From contig NC_058368.1 in NCBI RefSeq assembly GCF_018350175.1, forward strand, positions 55,678,001 through 55,742,000: a stretch of DNA of 64,000 bases, read 5' to 3'. Position numbers and translations under genes: made by a program. This document shows, piece by piece, positions 24,986 through 37,541 of the stretch. Under the pieces are notes generated by a model. That model did not search any database and had not been told where the DNA came from. It saw only the letters and a program-made list of their open reading frames with translations. The stretch comes from Felis catus (Eukaryota). The first letter of the stretch is position 1. Every line of letters begins with the position of its first letter.

Positions 24986-27192
24986 ATAATTCAACCTGTT
25001 ATGAACATATTATATAATGTCTCAGCAACTCAGATGCCTCATCTGTAAAATGGGAATGATTATTATCAACATGATGGGATTAAATGAATTACATTAAAAT
25101 TCTTTGATGAGCACATGTTAGCTGTTTAATTGTTACTATTGTCATATATACATATGCATGTATAACTGTAACAGAAACTATCTGTACTTCCTTCTGGGAG
25201 GACAGAGATAGTGAAGGCTGTCAATAATTTAAAATTTTATTAAATATTAAATATATAACATTGCAATTAACAGTATATTCTTAATGTCATAATTTTGAAT
25301 TTATATAATGCACACATTTTTACTTAGTTATATTAAAACTATGCATGTATAAAGTGAAAGTCTGGTATTTAACAACCTAAGGAGAGAGTAGGGATTTTGA
25401 ATTTAAATAAAAATTTTATCCACATATAGATAGGAATTCTGAGAGCTTTAGAAAATGTCAAGTTGTTATGCATTGATTAAAAATTATTGATGTAGCTCTT
25501 GACAAAACAAGTTTTAGTAGCACATGTTAAAACTCATAAAATGTGTAAAGAACCTAGTAACAATTGTATAAATATAACTTGACTTCAGTATTACTCAGGA
25601 GAATTTTAAAACAATGTCTAACATTTCTGAATTTTAAATAATACATGTTTCCTAATTAATCATCACTGTAATTGCTAGATCTCTTCTCCCAGGCTTCAAC
25701 TTTCTACCCATTTGAACAACAAACTTCCCTGCTATTCTGGAGTGAAGAACCCCTTCTTTCCATAAAGAGAACTTTCCTAACAAAATGTATATATTAACCT
25801 ACCAATCAATTAGTGTTTACCCTAAATGCTACTATGTCTCAAGAATTTCACTTTGGTTTTAGATCTTATCATTATTTAATACCTAAAAATCACTGTCCCC
25901 TGAACTAAAGATGGTCTTGATTCACGCATTCCTTAAAACTGAAATATTAAGATATCCCACAGTAGAAACAATCATTGCTCACATTCCCAGGAGAAGTAAT
26001 TATGTGTATCAAGATGGAATTTATAACCTGTATATTTTGAAAGGTTGCTATTGCAATTCAAATAATAATTTTACATGATTCAAATATGTTAAAGGAAAAA
26101 CACATTTAAATGGTTTCTGACTACAAAATGATATTTACCTGATAAAATTTTATAGAGAAAATGTTTATGTGATGGTGGATGGTATGTTTCATCAATATTT
26201 GGAAAATTACTGGCATTCAGGTCCAGTGTATTCAGGTGCGTTTCTTCAGTACCACTGGAAAAGCTATTTTAACAAATGAATTTAGGTAATAAGAAACAAA
26301 TCTATGTGGAGGAATAAATCAGTATTCCATTTACTCAACAGTTATTTAAATATTCATGATGTATTAAACTATATATAATCAAAATTATAAGTAAAATAGT
26401 GCTTTGTTGTATTAGAGTATATCTTCTCACAAAATCACTGGATACAATCAGGTAAAAGTGCCCTGATTTATGAATCTATTTCTGCTCTTCTTTCAGGACA
26501 CTTATTTAGATTTGCCTTTGATCATCTGGGTCCTATGTCAAGCCACTACCACACTAAGTCATGCTTAGGTTAATCTATAATGTACGGATAATGTATTTAC
26601 ATAGCGTATACTGTATTAATTACTAATATCCCCATGGATTTAACAAATGTTAAAGCCCAAAGCTCAAAGTTTTATTATAATAATTTATAGCCTTATTTTA
26701 TTTCTTTTTAAACATTTTTATTGATTCGGCGCTTCAAGCACTGCAGTAGCTGCCTATGAATGTGTCCCTCTTTCCATAAGTGTTGTGAGATAGTATACCA
26801 TGCCAAAAAAATGAGAACCTAATGAGAAGAATAGAAATAGTAGTAAAATGTCAAAGAATATTTCTACATTATCAAACAAATGATTAAAACCCTTCTTTCA
26901 GACAACTTCTTGTATCACACTCTCAAACTGACCCTATGTGTAGCAATTTCAATTATGGTCCAGTTATTCATTTAAAAGTTGTTTGTGTGTTGCAATTCTG
27001 AGCTTTGTATGCCTCAATTTAGTATTTATAAACAAGCTTACGTTTTATAACTCTTTACTGGAGGCATATATTTAAAATTGAATCTGCATGTGTCATTTGT
27101 TAAAAAAATAAATAAGCCTTAGCAAATTGACAAGATAATTCTGACTAACATAATTGCCACACCATTTCGGTTATCATTATTTCCAGATTTCT

Positions 27193-27394
27193 CTTTTTTA
27201 ATTTTTTTTAAATGTGTATTTGTTTTGAGAGAGATAGATAGGAAACAAGCAGGGGAGGGGCAGAGAGAGGGAAACAGAGAATCCCAAGCAGGCTGTGCCC
27301 GATGTGGGACTTGCACTCACGAACTGTGAGATCATGCCCTGAACTGAAATCAAAAGAGTAGGATGCTTAACTGACTGGGCCACCCAGGTGCCCC
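27193..27394 (-). mobile_element. CanSINE
   Basis: Typical body; imperfect TSD ttccagatttc/ttccaaatttc. Confidence 0.93.
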
Positions 27395-27483
27395 TATTAA
27401 TTCCAAATTTCCATGTGAAAGCTAGGACGGTCACCAGTAAAGGGGGAATCTCAACATTTGAAACAAGAATATTTGGAAAGTTT

Positions 27484-27687
27484 GGGGGCACCTGGTGGCT
27501 CAGTTGGTTAAGCATCTATCTGACTCTTGATTTTGGTTCATGTCATGATCTCATGGTTCATGACATCCAGCCCCACCTCAGGCTCTGTGATGACAGCATG
27601 GAGCCTTCTTGGGATTCTTTCTCTCCCTCTGTCTCTGCCTCTGTCTCATGCTTTCTCTCTCTTAAAATAAATAAATAAACATAAAAA
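27484..27687 (+). mobile_element. CanSINE
   Basis: Typical body; imperfect TSD aagaatatttggaaagttt/aggaatatctagaaagttt. Confidence 0.93.
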
Positions 27688-28153
27688 AGGAATATCTAGA
27701 AAGTTTTGGCAGACTTGAAAAATATGGGCCTCTAAACTTATGATAATGCTTACTATTGTAATTTCCATCCTCGAGAAAAGTAAGAATCTTTTGAAGGAGA
27801 AAACTAAAATTTACATCATGTTCCAACATTGTTTTTTTCTTATCTTAGTCACTAAATATTTAGCAAATACCTTTCTAGGAATAAAATGATGAAAATAAGA
27901 AATTCATTAATATTTTTGAGCAATGTGTAGGTCTGACTTTTTGGGTGATTTTCAAACTAGACAAATGTAATATACTGTCGAACCATATTCAAAGTACATT
28001 CATTGTGCAACTTTGGACAGCCAGCTGCAGTTCTAATTGTTTAATGGTGTGGTTAACAAAACTGTGTATCAAATGTTGACTCCTGACCTGAAACACAAAA
28101 GTAGTAGGAAATACTTTACATGTAGAGACATTAATTCAAAGACATCAAGAAAT

Positions 28154-28379
28154 GGGGCACCTGGCTGGCTCAGTTGGTTAAGCATCTGACAACTCTTAAG
28201 CATCTGTTCAACTCATGGTTCGCGAGTTCAAGCAGCACATTGGGTTCTGTGCTGACAGCTCAGAGCCTGGTGCCTGCTTTGGTTTCTGTATCTCCGTCTG
28301 TCTCTGCCCCTCCCCCACCCATGCGCTCGCTCGCTCTCTCTTTCTCTCAAATATGAATAAACATTAAAAAAACTAAAAA
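28154..28379 (+). mobile_element. CanSINE with rearranged head region
   Basis: Perfect TSD caaagacatcaagaaat at 28137-28153 and 28380-28396. Confidence 0.95.
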
Positions 28380-29196
28380 CAAAGACATCAAGAAATAAAA
28401 GTGCTACCTATCTTTTCCAAATTTTACCTAACAAGGTCCAAAGTGCATGGTTATAGGGAATAAATGGATGAGAATTGCATAATAATTTTGATATAAGTTT
28501 ACCAGTTGTTTTTAGTACATGGGTAATTATGGCCAAAAGAAATGATTCTGAAATAAGATCTATAGTCTCAGTGAGGTTGGCACAGGTCACTAGCAATAGT
28601 GCCAGTAGTTATGGTAAGAAACAAAGTGCATAAAGTCATTAAGCAGTAACAGAGGTTCAGTAGTCTGATTTTAGGAAGTGAACTAAAAAACAGAGCTATC
28701 TGGCTACAAATAAGTAATGATGCATTTCCAAGAAATTAAAGTTATAGGCAACCTGTTAGTATCTTACTTGAATCGTGAAAACTAAAGCAAAATAAAACAA
28801 AATCACCAGATGTAGACTTAAAAAATTCTTTCTGATGATATACAAATACCTTCATTTGTTAAGTTGATGCTGAAACATATCAAGTGATCAAGACTTCTAT
28901 AACCTGAGAGAAGTCACCAAGACCTTTGCCATTATCAAGAATTAGTTAGAAGATAACTATGATCATGTAATGTTTCCTAGCCATGAGATGGTACTGTTTT
29001 CGCTTTTTAAAAAAAATTTCACAGGATTACACCAATTCTGCTAGGAGCAAAGCAATAACCCCCGGTGGATATAAAAATAAATGTATAATTATTAAGCAAT
29101 ACTGTGTTTGGTATAACTATAGTAATAATTTTAAACATCTTTGATGTTTAATTTGCAAATTAAGGCTTTAGAAAAATCATTAAAAAGTGTTTAAGT

Positions 29197-29413
29197 GGGG
29201 CACCTGGGTGGCTCAGTCGGTTGAGCGTCCAACTTCAGCTCAGGTCATGATCTCACGGTTCGTGAGTTCGAGCCCCGTGTCAGGCTCTGGGCTGATGGCT
29301 CAGAGCCTGGAGCCTGCTTCTGATTCTGTGTCTCCCTCTCTCTCTCCCCTCCCCCATTCATGCTCTGTCTCTCTCTGTCTCAAAAATAAAAAAATTAAAA
29401 AAATTAAAAAAAA
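29197..29413 (+). mobile_element. CanSINE
   Basis: Typical body (gggctgatggctcag type) and tail. Confidence 0.95.
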
Positions 29414-30524
29414 AGTAAGTTAAGGAAATTATATTAAATGTAGGCTACATTGAAATCGTCAACAATTTTCCTTATTAGATATTTGAATTGTATAAAATGA
29501 TCATTAAAATGAAACACTTGTGGGTGATCCTTTCCATGTGCAAAAAGTATATATCCTCAAAATACATAAATACTCTTCCACTATTCCTTTAATATTCTTC
29601 AAAGGGCCATGCAAGTATATGTTCTTGCTACTATTTGTAAGCCTAAAGAGAAATGCGGAAACTTTATGGACTATTGGAGAGTTCAATCAAACTAATGATT
29701 TTTGGATATTTCATATGTAGTATCTCTCATTTAGAATAAAGGAGATACAGAACTACATGAGAAATGAATTTTGATCAAATTTCACTTTAGTTTATATCAG
29801 ATACCTCTCTGAAATGTTCTAAGATTATTTCTCAATAATTTGATTTTAAATTTGCTTCACACATATTTAACAATAAATCTAATGCTTGCATTGGCTTGAA
29901 GTATTCAAAAGTAATACTGAATTTCTCAACAAATCTCAGTAACCAGTGCTACCATAAAAAATAAGTGAAATTTGTGTGGGTTGTTCCTACTCTATCTCCT
30001 TCCAATTACCAGTTTGGCCAAGTGTGAAAAATGGATGGGTTTTAGATAATGACTTAAGATGATAGTAACTTAATCAAGGGGAGACTCCATTGTTGACTGC
30101 TCCTTAGAAGTTATTTCTCCTTTGAAGTAATATCACCCCAAGAACTTACTGTCTATATAGATAAAAAGGCTTTCACAAAATGTTTCCATTTTATCCTATA
30201 TTATAAGGATATTATTGCAGCATACCTTGTTTCTTAATCTATACTAAATTTGGCATAGTCTTTGGCATGAGTTAGGGAGTAAAAATGTGAATTACATTGT
30301 TTAAAACAGGCATAAGCATTCACTGTAACTTACTTTCCCAGCAAAAAATTGTCTTTTTAAAAGTCTACTTTACATTGATATATAGTATTTATGGCATGAT
30401 GTCTCTAATTTTCATGTCTGTAGGTTTTACATTTTAGTTTTTTATGTGTTTCTTTTTCAATCATGTACATATATTTGAATATTTTGTTTACCTTTTTTGT
30501 TAAGCTCTATTACTCAGTTAATAT

Positions 30525-31610
30525 TCTTTGAAAATATATTACTGATTACTCACTATGTGCTAGTCATTGTTTTTATTGCTTGAGTTACATGGACCTGACT
30601 TATGGATCTTAAAATTCTTGTGCTAACAGAATAAAATAAAAAGGAGAAATAATACTTCAGGTAATGGCCAGTGCTGTGAGGGAAATCAGAATTGATAGTG
30701 AGGGATGTGTGCAGAAGGCCAGGTGTTTCTGATAGAAATCACTTATATCTTCTCTGAGGAGGTGACATTTTTAAACAAAAACTTAATCTTGTGAACGCTG
30801 TAAGGAAAGCCTTTCAAGCTAGAAGGAAGCAAGTATAAAAGCTCTGGGGTAGGAATAAGTTTGGAGTGTTCAAGGAAGAAATAGAAGCTGTGCGGCTATA
30901 GCTTATAGTGTGTAGGAGAGATACTTTAGAAGAGGTAGCTAAAGAAGTTTCTAGCAATGACTGTGGATCTTTGTAAAGGTATGTCTGCATGTGTATCTGT
31001 GTGTGTGTTTTTGTAAGATGTTAATCTAATGTGGCATGAAGACATTAGAGGATTTTGATCAAAAGCATGATAAGTTCTGCACAAAATAACATTACACAAG
31101 TTGTTTTAGAGAAAAGACTATAAGAAAAATAAAGTGGCACCAGGGAAATGAGTGATAACAGGGAATTGGAATAAAAGGTAAACAGACTAGTTTAGGTCAG
31201 GGATGCTGATGCCTTGGGATTGAGTTTGGTATTGAAGGTAGTGATATGTTGTTAAAGTGGGGAAATGATTTTTAGTAGAACTGACAGGATGAGATGGATT
31301 ATGAGCTGTGAGGTGAAAAAATCAAGGATGACTTCAGTGTTTAGGTTTGAGTGTCAAGGTTAATGGCAACATTATGATTAAGAAGGAAGAAACTAAAGAA
31401 AAAGGTTTGGGACTGGAAATATCATGCATTCAATCTTGGATTCTTTAATTTTATGATGCTTGTTAAACAGCCAAATGGAGATGTTGCTCATTGATGTTTG
31501 GTTAAATAGGCTAGAATTAAAGAGGATTGCAGTAGCTAGTTATATAGATTTCAAAGTCATTAGTCCCTAGATGGCATTGAAAATCATAGGATTGAATGAG
31601 ATCACAGAGT
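30525..31610 (-). mobile_element. LINE-2 3' portion
   Basis: cactatgtgctag; ctctgaggaggtgacattt; aatcaaggatgacttc; gtccctagatggcattgaaaatcataggattgaatgagatcac all resemble L2 antisense. Confidence 0.75.
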
Positions 31611-31729
31611 CACATCTTGAACACCCCAATTACAAGCAACCCATGCACTCTTTTCTTTGTCCATTCGATATTATTGCACATCTTTAACAGAACCCCCAAT
31701 ACCATATATTATTGTTGTTAAGTTCCTTT

Positions 31730-32640
31730 CTCTGTTGTGCTCTTCCTTAATTCATTTGGCTGCCCATACTGCTCTCCTTGAGACTTTTCAGGTGATGGCT
31801 GCTTTTTTTCGCACATGTCACAAGTTTCTGCATAAAAGTAAGCTTCAGGGGCACCTGGGTGGCTCAGTCAGTGAAGCCTCCACTCTTGACCTCAGCTCAA
31901 GTTGTGATCTCACGTTCAACTGGTGAGATTGAGTCCTGCATTGGCCTCTGTGCTGACAACTCGGAGCCTGCTTGGGATTCTCTCTCTCCGTCTCTCTCTG
32001 CCCCTCCCCTGCTTGCATGCTCTCTCTCTCTCTCTTTCAAAATAAGTAAATAAACATAAAAAAATCTGTAACTTAAAAAAAATAGAAAGTAAGCTTTCAT
32101 TTATCTGGGATAAATATTCAAGAGAGTAACTACTGGGTGTTATGATAACTCTCCTTTTTGTTTTAAAAGGAACTGCCTAAGTGTTTTTCAGAGTGACAAA
32201 CTGTGTTACATTCCAATCAGCCATGAATAACAGATCCAGTTTCTCTGCTTTCTCTCCAGCATTTGTATTATCACTCCTTTTTATTTCAGCCATTGTATAA
32301 GGTGTGTAGTGATTTCTCATTATTATGTTTTTTGCATTTCTCTACTGGCTAATGTTCAACAGTTTTTGGCATTTTTTTTTAAATTATTGATGTGTAAGTG
32401 TAGTTGATACACAATGTTATATACATTCAGGTGTACAATACAGTGATTTGACATTACATTACTCAATGCTAACCACAATAAGTATAATGAAGTTCTGTTA
32501 CCATGCAATATTTTTATATGCTTGTTAGCCAAACATAAATATTCTCATGCAGAATGTCTGCATGTATTGTCTGCCCATATTCTGATTGAATTTTTTACAT
32601 GTTAAGCTGTGGGATTTAAGTATTCTAGATAATGGCCTTC
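31730..32640 (-). mobile_element. Old LINE-1 3' fragments (L1M)
   Basis: ctgggataaatattcaagag; tttcagccattgtataaggtgtgtagtgatttctcatt; short L1MA-like end acacaatgttatatacattcaggtgtacaa. Confidence 0.7.
31848..32082 (+). mobile_element. CanSINE
   Basis: Typical body; TSD aaagtaagctt on both sides. Confidence 0.93.
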
Positions 32641-32746
32641 TGTGGTCTGAGTGTTTTTGTTCTCCCCAAATACATATGTTGAATCATCTTTGAGGTGATG
32701 GTATTAGGAGGTGGGGCCTTTGGGAGGTTATTAGGTCATGAGAGCC
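32641..32746 (+). mobile_element. MaLR LTR 5' fragment (MLT1A-like)
   Basis: tgtggtctgagtg...ccccaaatacatatgttgaa...gtgatggtattaggaggtggggcctttgggagg. Confidence 0.75.
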
Positions 32747-32933
32747 TAATTGTGGGCATACTTTTAACACAATCTTGTCCTGTTGGAGAGAGTTTTTTTC
32801 TCCCCTCTGGGACCTAGTCAGTGCCAAGAGCCTTCTGCTCATGTCACTTGGTAAATTAATCAGAGTAGTTTTCCTAAATGTTGAATATGATGGTCCTAGA
32901 ATTCAAAGAGGTCTACAGAAGAATGTTCTTACT

Positions 32934-33216
32934 AATTTTTTTTTTAAATAAGTCCTGTTCTCACTACCACACAATTTTATTAAATTTATTTTATATTTTT
33001 TTATTTTTTAATGTTTATTATTTAATTTTGAGAGAGAGAGCGTGCACGTGAGCAAGCGGGAGAGGGGCAGACGGAAAGAAGACACAGAATCTGAAGTAGG
33101 CTCCATGGTCTCAGCTGTCAGTGCAGATCTTGACGCAGGGCTCAAACTCTTGAACTGTGAGATCATGAACTAGGCCGAAGTCGGACACTTAACTGACTGA
33201 GCCACCCAGGTGCCCC
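32934..33216 (-). mobile_element. CanSINE with extra 3' unique sequence before the terminal poly(A)
   Basis: TSD aagaatgttcttact (32919-32933) / aagaatgtgcttact (33217-33231). Confidence 0.92.
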
Positions 33217-33914
33217 AAGAATGTGCTTACTTCTTTTGGGGGACAAGTTCAAATTATAATAATTGCTCCAGTACTTTGAAGGGGATAAGATACATGTCCC
33301 AAATCACTGTGCTCCTAAAGACCCCTCCTGATTTTATAGTGTTATTGAATCTTCATAGGGGCTATGTCCTATTTTCTGGAGCCATGTGTCTTACTAGTCC
33401 CTTCCATCAAATTTGATACTTCTAACTTATCCAGATTAATGTTATGTTGTCCATTTAACGGACCAACTTGATATTTTGGAAGATCCCTTTGGACTATGCT
33501 ATTTTAGAAAGCAAAATAATTAACATTTCCTTAGGGCAGATATGTAAATCTTGTTTATTCCAAATGAATCCACATGTTTCTGGTACTCCTTCCTGATAGT
33601 GATGGGAAATAACACGTTTCCCTGTTCAGTGATCACTTACCATATTTCTGACACCATGTTGATCTACTAAAGATGCAAGTAGACTGTTAATTGGATGTTA
33701 GAGGATATTCCTAGTTTTTGTAGGGGTGGGAATTACAAATTAAACAGAGATATAATAGGAAGCACCATCCATCTTTAAGGGTGATGTAACTCTCTCCATT
33801 CCCATTAGAGTATATTATAATTATTTTAAAGTACACCCTAGGCTGGAATGAGGGATAATTCCAAAGTCTTCTACTTGGCATCTGTCATTATAATAACCCA
33901 CAGACCAAGAATTC

Positions 33915-33990
33915 AGTATGAAGATTCATACTTATTCATGAATAAGCTTATTTGTTCATACTTATTCATGAATAAGTCTTATTTCTTATA
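33915..33990. repeat. 30-bp tandem duplication built from palindromes
   Basis: ttcatacttattcatgaataag at 33925 and 33955. Confidence 0.85.
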
Positions 33991-34384
33991 CTCTAATATT
34001 TCTGTGGCCCAGCAAGAGATGACTGTCCCTATAATATGTCATGATATCTTCCTGACTTTCACACTTGTCTTTAATTGGTTAATTTTCATCCTTCATTTTT
34101 TTATGTTGTCTTTCTCCAGTGCATTAATGGCATTCTGCATAGGACATCTAACTCCATTGTTCTCATAATAGTGCACTTACCATAATTTTCTTCCACCTTT
34201 CATTAATGTTCCATAACAATTTGCCATCTGTAACTTTTCCCATAATTGCATTGTTCTTCTGTGTTATGAATTTTAATTGATTTACCTACTACAATTAATG
34301 GGATCCATATTTCCAATATGCTGATAGGTGATCCAGTCACAAATTTCCAACTGAGGGTCTGCTCTTTTGAGCTACTATTGGAAA

Positions 34385-34820
34385 GAATTATAATAGACCA
34401 GATTCCTAGGAAATCAATATTGGAATAGGAATTTTTAAACAGGAATTTTATTGGAGAGTGCCCTCAGAGTCAACACATATATAGGAGTGTAAAAAGCAGA
34501 ACAGGGCAAAATGAAGAGTTGAACTGCAATGCAGTTACAGCAAAGGCTTCAACAAATCCTTCTGACAGCTCTGGACCTGGAATGACTCATCCAGATCATC
34601 CTTTTAAAGGCAAGGAGACTGGCATGTATGCCCATAGGATTATCAGTTATTGGATAGGGCTGAACCCTAGCTGGACTTTATGGAAGAAGCACTTTATTAG
34701 GCTGAAGGCAATTTCCAGAAAGGGACTTACCTGAGGTCCCTAACTTCCAAAACAACCAGCAGCTGGGAGAAAAAGTGTCTCAGAATTAACGTGTGGATTT
34801 TCTAAATGAACCATTGCATT
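34385..34820 (-). mobile_element. ERVL-class LTR (family uncertain)
   Basis: ttttattggagagtgccctcag...gttgaactgcaatgcagttacagcaaaggcttca...gctctggacctggaatg. Confidence 0.6.
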
Positions 34821-36852
34821 CATTTTCCCCTTTAATGTCCAGATTCTTTGTACCTAATTGTTAAAGATTTAGCATCTTTCTCACCACTGTTGGTGTAGGT
34901 AGGCATTGTTCTTGGTTATTTCAGCAACTATGTTAACAATCTACTTGTCAGACAAGGTGGCTTCTGATACACCAGCCCCAGATGTACATGTCTGAAATAA
35001 TTTGGATACATTTCTTATTTGTTATACATGTCCAGAATGGATTGTTAAAGGGCTTTTCTCATCTTAATCATTTGAGAGACCACACTGAAGGAGAATAGTT
35101 TTGCTTAATATTAGGTTGATACAGCAATCAATTGTTCATTGATTCTTAAAGCTTCCACTTTGAAATGCAGTCTGTTCTTTTTGCTTTTTCTTCATAGAAC
35201 AAAGCAGCTTTTCATGGAGTCTCAAATCTTAACAGGAGGGAGAAATGAAATTCTGTGTATGTAAGCGCCATAATAACCATTTGATTCCTTAATAGTCCTA
35301 ATGACTAAAACACTATTTAACACCTAGGAGGCTAGGGTCTAATCGCTTAGTTTCTTTATTTTTTTAATTTCCAGTGATCTTTCATCTTTCCTAGGTTAGC
35401 CACTCTCTTCCATGACAATTAGGCAAGACCTTTTTATCACTACTAGTTTAATACATAAATTTAATTAATTATATTTTCTTAATTCTATAAATTATTTTTA
35501 TTTCTAATAATTACATCACCTCCAGAACTTTGATTTTAAATTTTCTTTTCTCATATTACAGCATCCTATCTTTAAAGTTTACATATTCTAGTACAAACAT
35601 GTCAACGTTCATATATCTTCTCAGAATATCCAAATTATTCACTCTGACTTCTTACCCAACTTGTATTCCATGAAACAAACCAAGATTGCTCTATGGAATA
35701 CACACTCATGTATTTTGCTACTGAATCTTTTCACTTATATCTCATAGGAAAACCCCACCTACATTAGTTTTGCAAAAGGGAAGCTGAGGTAATTGTGGAA
35801 AATGGCAACAACAAAGAACATTCAGAGTTTTAAAATTTTTACAGTGTAACTACAGAACGTAAATTCTTAATAATAAACGAAACTAATAAAACATATGTTT
35901 TAAGCATAATATATAAACAAATTTAATCTCAAATGCATTATGATGAAGTTATGATTATCACAAATATACAGAGAAGGTTTCTGTACAGGTATAGAAATAT
36001 TAAGTAACTTGTTTCAGATAACAGTGAATGGAGAAAACAAGATAGAAGCACAAGCAATTTCTTCCAAAGTAAGTTTACCTAATATCTAATTCTCGATTAT
36101 TTTCTTTAGTAAATTTACTCTCACTTAACACTTTACATTTTTTAAAAAATTCTACAGTATTTGCTGCCTTTTCTCAATTTCAACCAATTAATTTGTGCTT
36201 ATTTCACCAAGAAAATAGTTGTAATCATGTGAGAACAAACATATTATTAAATCTATGCCATGTATGTAACTACTTCTGTACCTATAACATATCTCCTGTA
36301 TTCTTAATTATATGATTTTCCTTTTTACCTATCTGTATCTAATCCTTTCATTGGTGAAATATTCTCACTCTCTATACACAAATCAGGGAGTTTTGGGCTC
36401 CATCCTTTATTTGTGAAATTGTTTTTTTTATTTTACCGGATTATTCCCTTTACCTCTACTGGATCAATCCTTTTAAGCTTAAAGGTGTACCCTAATATAT
36501 CACATTAAAAGAAAAGGACACAAGCATCTATCTTGATGGCGTATCCTTATACAGCTACCACATTATTTCTCTGCTCACTTTTCAGTAGAAATATTAAAAC
36601 ACTTCTCTAAACATATTACTTTACTGTCTCAATATCCCAGTAAGGAAAAATCAGAGCTGAGATGACTGTTCCTACATATTTTGATGAGAAAAAGAGGTTT
36701 TGTTTTCAGAACTAATAATAAACATTTTTATGTCTAAGTATACACATTTTTCATACAATAATTATAAAATTATGTATAGTATTACAAGCACAATTATAGC
36801 ATCTTTCCATAATCAACATAATGAATTTAAGAACATGATTCAGAATGTCATT

Positions 36853-36882
36853 TTTTAGTATATGTGCTGCCGAAGCGAGCAC
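36853..36882 (-). pseudogene. RNU6: 3'-truncated U6 snRNA retrocopy (U6 nt 1-30)
   Basis: The minus strand reads GTGCTCGCTTCGGCAGCACATATACTAAAA, identical to the U6 5' end; TSD cagaatgtcatttttta at 36841-36857 and 36883-36899. Confidence 0.95.
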
Positions 36883-37037
36883 CAGAATGTCATTTTTTAT
36901 ATTCAGATAATATACATTTAAACAAAAAATTTGTTCTCAAGGTACTTTTTACACCTTTTCCTTAGGGGTGAGGTCATATCTTCTACATATTGGTGTTATG
37001 ATTTTATTAAATGAACATTTGTTAAGTGAAGCATAAA

Positions 37038-37541
37038 GTGCCCGATGGTGAGTCAAAGTCTGACAAAAGACCACAAGAAAAATTGAAACAGAGAAATTTA
37101 TTACTTTTAAGTACTGGAGGAGTTACATGGCCTGACTCGAGGGCCTACCCAGCAAGGTCAAGGTAGGATGTAGGCAGACAGAGTGACAGGACATGAGGCA
37201 CATGCATTTATTAGGGCCCATTTGTAGAGCGCTTTGGGGTTCTCAGGGTAGGGTCAGATTACTCAATGTAAACCAAAGGAGCAGGGTTTTGGTGAGCTTC
37301 ACAGGGATCTTATTTACGAAGTGCACAAGGGGAAGGCTGTGGCAGGCAGGAAAGACAGTTGATCACAAGGGCTTTTGTGGAAGTCACATCAGCAACTTAC
37401 ATTGGCTTGTGGCTCTGTGGGCTGCTCTCCAGGACATGTCCATGCATGAGGGGCTGGTGTTGATTTAAGGTCCCTATAGGCAGCTTAGGCAAATAAAATG
37501 GATGCTGAGGTAGCATGAGTAGCTTAGATAAACTTTCAACA
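37038..37541 (-). mobile_element. Probable solo LTR
   Basis: ~500-bp GC-richer block starting tg and ending caaca; antisense polyA signal tttatt at ~37097. Family not identified. Confidence 0.45.

Larger units (their letters stand above)
23975..25140. mobile_element. MIR split by two LTR insertions
   Basis: Pieces: ctaggttaaaatcccagctgtg (~23990), tttactagctctatgactttg (~24487-24507) and cctcatctgtaaaatgggaatgat (~25037). Confidence 0.55.
32747..34380 (-). mobile_element. Decayed ERVL-class internal (pol-like) sequence
   Basis: The minus strand contains ERVL RT-like remnants (e.g. gggaatggagagagttacatcacccttaaagatgg); adjacent to an ERVL-type LTR. No intact ORF. Confidence 0.45.
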
